A stretch of DNA of 64,000 nucleotides from an uncultured delta proteobacterium (GTDB taxonomy: Bacteria; Desulfobacterota; BSN033; UBA1163), in contig CAVPSJ010000014.1 of the NCBI GenBank assembly GCA_963708295.1, positions 1 to 64,000 on the forward strand, written 5' to 3'. The translations under genes were made by a program, and so were the position numbers. Positions 58,475 through 64,000 of this stretch are shown in pieces (position 1 is the stretch's first letter; the number at the start of each line of letters is the position of its first letter). The notes beneath the pieces are model-generated. The model did no database searches and was not told the origin of the DNA. It worked only from the letters and a program-made list of their open reading frames with translations.

Positions 58475-59768
58475 GATCACCGTGGGCATTATGGCCCTCG
58501 TTGTGCTGCTGCTGCTTTTCGCTACGGGCATTGAATTGGGCATCGCGATGGCATTGGTGGGGTTTGTGGGTTTTGCTTACCTGAACGGCATTCAGCCGGC
58601 CATGCAACTCGTAGGGCGAGACATATACGATGTCATCACGAATTACGGGTACACGGTTTTTCCTCTTTTTATTCTGATGGGTCAAATCGGCTTCAACTCG
58701 GGGATTGCGGTCAGACTGTATGGTGCAGCACACAAATTCATCGGCCATATTCCCGGTGGCTTGGCCATGGCCACGGTAATGGGAGCCACCGGGTTTAAGG
58801 CCATCTGCGGCTCCTCAGCAGCTACGTCGGCGACGTTCGCCAGCGTCGCGATCCCCGAAATGGACCGGTATGGGTATGACAGGAAACTGTCTACAGGGAT
58901 CGTTGCGACCGTGGGAACGCTCGGTTGTATCATTCCCCCCAGTGTGGTGCTGATCGTATTCGGTATTATCACCGAGCAGTCCATCGGGCAGCTTTTCCTT
59001 GCGGGGATCATCCCCGGATTGATCATCGCTCTCTTTTTCATCGGGATCATTTATGGATGGGTGAAGATCAATCCAAAGATTGCGCCCATGTCGGAGCGGT
59101 CTACCTGGAAAGCTAGGATTCGCTCGCTTCCGGAGGTGGTCTGGATCATCCTTGTCTTTCTCCTGGTCATCGGAGGGATCATGCAGGGTTTCTTTACGCC
59201 GACGGAGGCAGGGGCGGTTGGTACCTTTGCAGTTCTGCTGCTGGCGGTAGTTAAACGAACTTTGAATTTCAGCGGATATTTGAAATCCCTTTCGGAAGCC
59301 CTTCGCACGGCGGGGATGATTCTCATGCTCATTACGGGCTCTGTGATCCTTGGCCATTTCATCGTGGTGACCAATATTCCCGAGAATACGGCGGAGTGGT
59401 TAGTGGCTCTCCCTTTGAACCGCTACGTCATCATGCTTCTGATCTGTCTCGTTTATGAGATAGGAGGGTCGTTCATCGATGACCTTGCGTTCATGATTCT
59501 TGCGACGCCTATCTTCTACCCGGCGGTACAAAAGCTCGGTTTCAATCCTATCTGGTTCGGGATCGTCATCGGCGTGGTCGTAATGATCGGTGTGGTGATT
59601 CCTCCGGTGGCTGTGTGTGTTTTTGTGGTTAAGAACATCACCAAGGAACCTATCGGCCGGATCTACAAAGGCGTCGCTCCGTTCTTGATCTCTCTCGTTA
59701 TTGTCTGGGGTCTTCTGTTCGCCTTTCCCCAGCTCGCCCTCTGGCTCCCCTCATTGTTTTATAAATGA
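58467..59768 (+). CDS. dctM: TRAP transporter large permease
   Basis: PLFILMG, PGGLAMAT, GSSAAT, GTLGCIIPPS, FTPTEAGA. Confidence 0.93.
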   Translation: MNEITVGIMALVVLLLLFATGIELGIAMALVGFVGFAYLNGIQPAMQLVGRDIYDVITNYGYTVFPLFILMGQIGFNSGIAVRLYGAAHKFIGHIPGGLAMATVMGATGFKAICGSSAATSATFASVAIPEMDRYGYDRKLSTGIVATVGTLGCIIPPSVVLIVFGIITEQSIGQLFLAGIIPGLIIALFFIGIIYGWVKINPKIAPMSERSTWKARIRSLPEVVWIILVFLLVIGGIMQGFFTPTEAGAVGTFAVLLLAVVKRTLNFSGYLKSLSEALRTAGMILMLITGSVILGHFIVVTNIPENTAEWLVALPLNRYVIMLLICLVYEIGGSFIDDLAFMILATPIFYPAVQKLGFNPIWFGIVIGVVVMIGVVIPPVAVCVFVVKNITKEPIGRIYKGVAPFLISLVIVWGLLFAFPQLALWLPSLFYK

Positions 59769-59883
59769 GAAGGGAGATAGAGAAGGGAAGGATATATTTG
59801 TTTAAGCCTGTTTGCAGATGGGTTTGAAAAAGGGAAGAAAATAGATCACAATTTAACGCAACAAAAAGAAAGGAGGCATTAAA

Positions 59884-60948
59884 ATGGGAAGAAAGGTCGC
59901 ATGGGTAGCGTTTGTGGTATCGTTTTTGTTTTTAATGGTTTCTTCTCCCTACGCAGCGGAGGCGATCAAGCTCAAGCTGGCGAATTATTTTCCGCCCACA
60001 CACATGAATTCAGTGATGATGGGCAAATACTGCGAGGAGTTGAACAAAAAACTGGCCGGCAAGGCGGAAGTCACCCAGTATACGGGCAGCACCCTTCTTT
60101 CGGCACCCAAGATGGCTGCCGGGGTAGCCGCCGGTATCGCGGATATCGGCCTCTCCAACCTCTCTTACACAAGAGGACGGTTTCCGGTCATGGAGATCAT
60201 GGAACTACCCCATGGTTTCCCGAGCGCCTGGATCGCAGGGCACGTGGCGAATGACTTTTATAGCAAATATCAGCCGAAGGATTTCGACACGTATCAGGTG
60301 CTGATGCTCAGCACGTCTCCGATTAACGTCATTCAGACGCTTAATAAACCTGTCAAGACGCTGGAGGACGTGAAGGGGCTGAAACTGAGAGGCACGGGGA
60401 GGCTCGGCGATATCGTCAAAGCGCTTGGGGCCAGCCCCATTCCTATTGAGACGCCCGACCTGTACGATGGGTTGAAAAGGGGTGTGATTGAGGGCGCATT
60501 GCTCCCCCTCGAAACGATGAAAGGTTTTAAGACGGGCGAATTGATTAAATACGTCACAGCTTCCTGGCGGGTTGGAAGCGCCTATTGCTTCTATGTGCTG
60601 ATGAATAAGCAAAAATGGAACGGTCTTCCTGCCGATGTCCAGAAAACCATGTCCGACTTCTCCAAGGAATTTATTGAAAGATGGACACTGGAGTGGAACA
60701 GAATCGATATCGAAGGTAAGGAGTTCTTCATGAAACAGGGCGGCCAGATCGTGACCGTTCCCGATGCGGATAGCCCCCAGTGGATCAAGGCGGTACAGCC
60801 CGTGCTCGGCGACTACAAGAAAGACCTGACCGGAAAGGGCTTTAAGGCTGCGGACATCGAGGAATGGATCGGCTTCGTGAACAAACGCATTCAGTACTGG
60901 AAAGGCGAGGAAAAAGCGAAGAAAATACCCACATCGTATCAGTACTAA
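59884..60948 (+). CDS. dctP: TRAP transporter substrate-binding protein
   Basis: Signal peptide, YTRGRFP, VKTLEDVKGLKLR, LYDGLKRGVIEG. Confidence 0.92.
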   Translation: MGRKVAWVAFVVSFLFLMVSSPYAAEAIKLKLANYFPPTHMNSVMMGKYCEELNKKLAGKAEVTQYTGSTLLSAPKMAAGVAAGIADIGLSNLSYTRGRFPVMEIMELPHGFPSAWIAGHVANDFYSKYQPKDFDTYQVLMLSTSPINVIQTLNKPVKTLEDVKGLKLRGTGRLGDIVKALGASPIPIETPDLYDGLKRGVIEGALLPLETMKGFKTGELIKYVTASWRVGSAYCFYVLMNKQKWNGLPADVQKTMSDFSKEFIERWTLEWNRIDIEGKEFFMKQGGQIVTVPDADSPQWIKAVQPVLGDYKKDLTGKGFKAADIEEWIGFVNKRIQYWKGEEKAKKIPTSYQY

Positions 60949-60972
60949 CGACTGTCAGTCTTTGCCGAGAAA

Positions 60973-61017
60973 GAGGAGGTACACTTCAGCCTGTTCGGGC
61001 TGGAGTGTGGCCTCCTC
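60973..61017 (+). terminator. Stable hairpin after dctP
   Basis: GAGGAGGTACACTTCAGCC...TTCG...GGCTGGAGTGTGGCCTCCTC; no T-tail, so may be a stabiliser. Confidence 0.45.
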
Positions 61018-61273
61018 GCTGGATAGGAGTTAGATCTTTAAAGTGAGGGACTACGCCGGCCTGCAAAGGGACCACCCCGGAAAGAGTTGATTTTTCTCGT
61101 ATCCTCCCTACGCAAGATTTCATAGATCTCCTTCTGGAATCTCTCTCTTATCCTGGTTGAAGGGGAGGTGATGGCGTGTTATAGATTTTTGACTGAACGA
61201 TCCGTCGCGTGAACGAGCGACATCGTTGGAACCGAGATTGCGGCCGGGGGTTTGATGATTCGATGCCGACAAA

Positions 61274-62614
61274 ATGGAGAATGAGGTGAAACTGATGAAA
61301 GAGGAAATAAAATACTGGAATCCGGCCATAGAGACGATGCCGAGGGAGAAGCTTGTCGCGATTGAGTTGAAGCGTTTTAGAGAGCTTCTCCGATGGAGTC
61401 AGGAGAACTCTCCTTTTTACAAAAAGAAATTCCATGGAATCGAGCCGGAGGACATTCGAACGCTTGAAGACCTTGCAAAGGTTCCCCTCACGGAGAAAGA
61501 TGAACTGAGAGAGGCCCAGGTGGGAAAGGAACCCTATCTTTATGGCGACCTTTTGGCCGTCCCTACCGAACGACTCTCCATATACCATCAAACCTCGGGG
61601 ACAACCGGAAAGCCCGTGTATATTCCGGATACCTACGAAAGCTGGCAATGGGTTGTGGAGGTGTGGTGTTACATCCTTTACGGGGCAGGCTTTCGACCGA
61701 CAGACCGGGTTTTTCTCCCCTTTGTCTACAATGTCTATATTGCCTTCTGGCAGGGGCACTACGCCGCGGAAAAGTTGGGATGTGAAGTAGTTCCAGGAGG
61801 AGGTCTTGAGACAAAGGCGCGTATTCAGAAGATGATGGAGGTGAAAGCGACGGGTCTGATGAACACTCCGACCTACGGCCTTCACATGCTAGAAGTGGCC
61901 AAAGAGATGGGGATTGATCCGAAGCGAGATCTAACGATTAAGAAGATGATCTGTGCCGGCGAACCTATGCCCGAGCCGACTCGACTTCGCTTGGAAGAAG
62001 GGTGGGGGGCGGATGTTTTTGACCATCTTGGAGGTACGGAGCCAGGAGGATGGGCGGGGATGTGCACCGAAAAGAAAGGGATGCATGTGATCGAGCCCCA
62101 CTTTCTGTTAGAAATGATAGATTTAGAGACGATGTCGAAGCCCATTCCCGCGGGGACGAAAGGGGTGGCGGTGATTACCTCTCTTTGCCGGAGATCCATT
62201 CCCCTCATTCGATTCAACTTGAAAGATATCATGATGGTCAGGACCGACCCCTGTGCATGCGGAAGAACTTCCATTCGTATTGATCAGGTCGGGGGACGAG
62301 TGGATGATCTCAGAAAGATCCGAGGGGTTTTCTTCAGTCCGAGCGTCGTGGAAGAGGTGATCCGCGGAAAATTCCCGGAAGTGGTGGAGTTTGAAACGAT
62401 CCTAACGCAGGAAGGCATCATGCCCGTTCTGACACTCAGGGTGGAGATGGATCCATCGCTGGCCGAATCCGGGCAAAAAGAGCTTCGGAAAGTCATCCGG
62501 GAGAAGCTGAAAATCAGGACGAATCTTACTTTTGAAATCGAATCTGTCAAACCCGGAGGCTTGCCTCGTTATACCTTAAAGTCGGCAAGATTTAAGGATC
62601 TGACGAAGAAGTAG
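61274..62614 (+). CDS. paaK: Phenylacetate-CoA ligase family protein
   Basis: HQTSGTTGKP, MNTPTY, AGEP, PLIRF, CACGRT, GRVDD...IRGV. Confidence 0.85.
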   Translation: MENEVKLMKEEIKYWNPAIETMPREKLVAIELKRFRELLRWSQENSPFYKKKFHGIEPEDIRTLEDLAKVPLTEKDELREAQVGKEPYLYGDLLAVPTERLSIYHQTSGTTGKPVYIPDTYESWQWVVEVWCYILYGAGFRPTDRVFLPFVYNVYIAFWQGHYAAEKLGCEVVPGGGLETKARIQKMMEVKATGLMNTPTYGLHMLEVAKEMGIDPKRDLTIKKMICAGEPMPEPTRLRLEEGWGADVFDHLGGTEPGGWAGMCTEKKGMHVIEPHFLLEMIDLETMSKPIPAGTKGVAVITSLCRRSIPLIRFNLKDIMMVRTDPCACGRTSIRIDQVGGRVDDLRKIRGVFFSPSVVEEVIRGKFPEVVEFETILTQEGIMPVLTLRVEMDPSLAESGQKELRKVIREKLKIRTNLTFEIESVKPGGLPRYTLKSARFKDLTKK

Positions 62615-62783
62615 ACCCGGTTTAGAATTCCAATGGTTGCGACCCTTCGACATACTCAGGGTCGTGGGTCGCGCGAAGCGCGGGATCGGACGACCCGAAA
62701 CCGAGCGGATATTAAACCCAGCCAAAATTATTTGAGAGGATGCCTTGCCGCAAAGTAGCGGGCTGTCCTGTCTAACGGGTAAA
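62612..62783. mobile_element. MITE-like element overlapping paaK stop
   Basis: TAGACCCGGTTTAGA ... TCTAACGGGTAAA imperfect inverted ends, internal hairpins. Confidence 0.4.
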
Positions 62784-62803
62784 AGGTAAAAGGGAGAGAA
62801 GGC

Positions 62804-62971
62804 ATGGAATACGATTTGAAAGCAATGGATCTGGAGATCAAGGCGATCGAGGAGAGAACAAAGAAGCTGAGGGAATTAGGCAGTGGATTTATGACGATTG
62901 AACGAAATACGGATTCAATCCTGGCCTTTGTCTATCTTCTCAAAAAGAACATTTGTGACTTGGTAGAGTAG
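62804..62971 (+). CDS. 55-aa helical protein (not in ORF track)
   Basis: MEYDLKAMDLEIKAIEERTKKLRELGSGFMTIERNTDSILAFVYLLKKNICDLVE*; purine-rich RBS. Confidence 0.7.
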   Translation: MEYDLKAMDLEIKAIEERTKKLRELGSGFMTIERNTDSILAFVYLLKKNICDLVE

Positions 62972-63089
62972 AATCAAAGACGCATTCCCCATGCAACCCC
63001 TTCTGTGATAAGAATGATTTTTCCGGGGAATATATTACGCGAAGGGCCTGCCCCCAAATCCGTCTCTGACCTGAGACGGAATCTTACGC

Positions 63090-63266
63090 TTACAGCAGAT
63101 CTTTCACATCACTGATGTTGATCTCCAGCATCTTCACCGAGGCAAGGATTCGAACCGTGTTTCGGTCGACTGCCGGAATTCTGCTCGAGAGCGCTTTCAA
63201 TTCTTGAGCCGCTTTCTTGATTGTCTTAATTCGAGTATCGAGCTTATTCATCTCCCTTCGAGTCAT
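63090..63266 (-). CDS. 58-aa helical protein, paralogue of 62804..62971 (not in ORF track)
   Basis: MTRREMNKLDTRIKTIKKAAQELKALSSRIPAVDRNTVRILASVKMLEINISDVKDLL*; AAGGAG RBS. Confidence 0.72.
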   Translation of the reverse strand: MTRREMNKLDTRIKTIKKAAQELKALSSRIPAVDRNTVRILASVKMLEINISDVKDLL

Positions 63267-63299
63267 CGTGTTCTCCTTGTCATTTCGATTGCTTTAAAA

Positions 63300-63467
63300 T
63301 AAATCCGAAATCCGAATATCGGGCGAAGCGTCCGTCTCGGACCAATACGAAACAAATTCGAAATTCGAATTTCTAAATGCTCCAAACTCAGGTGCTTTAG
63401 TTTGGAATTTTGTATTTTGGTCATTGGGATTTGTTTCGAGCTTCGGATTTCGTGCTTCGGATTTTCT
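63300..63467. repeat. Inverted heptamer-array palindrome (AAATCCG / CGGATTT)
   Basis: aaatccg aaatccg aatatcg ... aaattcg aaattcg / tttgttt cgagctt cggattt cgtgctt cggattt. Confidence 0.75.
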
Positions 63468-63469
63468 CA

Positions 63470-64000
63470 TCAATTGTGTTTCCTTAGATCTTTAAATCGT
63501 TTGGCCTTGACCTCGTAACGGGGCAGGGAGTTGAAGGGGTGGACCTCGATATTATAGCCCAGGTTGGTTTTCAATCGAAGTTGATCTTTCAGTTGGATGA
63601 GGATGGTTTCACGGCTTTTTTCTTCTTCGGGTAAAAGCTCGATCTTGAGCGTGATGTCGTCGAGATCCCCTTTCTTCGTGACGATCACCTCAAATTCGTT
63701 GCTCAAGCCTTTAATGGAACGGACCACCTCTTCAATGGCGGAGGGAGCTACTAAGACGCCTTTGATTTTCGTAATGTCGTCCGCCCTTCCTGCCACACCA
63801 CCCTGAATCAGGCGAAATGTCCTTCCGCAGGGGCAGGGGTCTTTGGCCCATTCTGCCACGTCCTTGGAGTCGAAACAGATACAGGGCTGGGCGATTCGGT
63901 CAAGGGCCGTGATGACGATTTTTCCCTTTCGACCCGGTTCCTGAATGATCTCTCCTGTTTCAAGGTCCTCCAATTGGACGAGAAACATGGTTTCGTTGAT
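63470..64000 (-). CDS. paaK: Second phenylacetate-CoA ligase family protein (C-terminal part, runs off window)
   Basis: CPCGRTFRLIQGGVAGRADDITKIKGV...LPRYEVKAKRFKDLR. Confidence 0.85.
   Translation of the reverse strand: MNETMFLVQLEDLETGEIIQEPGRKGKIVITALDRIAQPCICFDSKDVAEWAKDPCPCGRTFRLIQGGVAGRADDITKIKGVLVAPSAIEEVVRSIKGLSNEFEVIVTKKGDLDDITLKIELLPEEEKSRETILIQLKDQLRLKTNLGYNIEVHPFNSLPRYEVKAKRFKDLRKHN

Noticed and set aside
61163-61212. Short upstream ORF (MACYRFLTERSVA) with strong SD before paaK as a leader peptide
   Set aside because: No attenuator structure or informative codon run seen
10707-63467. CRISPR array interpretation of the intergenic repeats
   Set aside because: Units are 7-9 bp, degenerate and inverted, with no unique spacers and no cas genes
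1-64000. tRNA, rRNA, integrase or transposase genes
   Set aside because: None recognised on either strand

Overview
The window is a composite of three sequences. (1) 1-~6450 is GC-rich and actinobacterial-like: an ABC exporter, a NarL-type two-component pair, a SnoaL-like gene and a truncated TPR/ATPase-type regulator, several with frameshifts. (2) ~6450-7185 is a short AT-rich fragment with a small zinc-finger ORF and a DUF4097-like C-terminus. (3) ~7185-64000 is a moderate-GC, Desulfobacterota (deltaproteobacterial)-like segment. Its centrepiece is a cytochrome-nanowire locus: two hexaheme OmcS-like genes in inverted orientation (38632-39873 +, 53302-54543 -) bracket a complete omcS-companion-type assembly cluster (beta-propeller, beta-barrel, two CsgG-like proteins, PPIase chaperone, 26-heme and 16-heme cytochromes, NHL protein). 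Upstream lie a heme-motif sensor kinase with a sigma-54 activator, three sigma-54 promoters sharing a tandem palindromic upstream motif, and a ~17 kb island of GT-C/TMTC-like glycosyltransferases, GT2, GtrA and two fused MFS/spermidine synthases. Also present are a Tat-exported molybdopterin oxidoreductase apparently lacking the usual Cys ligand, a 12-heme membrane cytochrome, glgC, a TRAP transporter and two PaaK-like ligases. Intergenic spacers hold many nested palindromic repeats (7/8/9-mer arrays, REP-like hairpins, MITEs), some carrying four-helix-bundle or DUF559 genes. All family assignments come from motif recognition by eye; no database searches were run.
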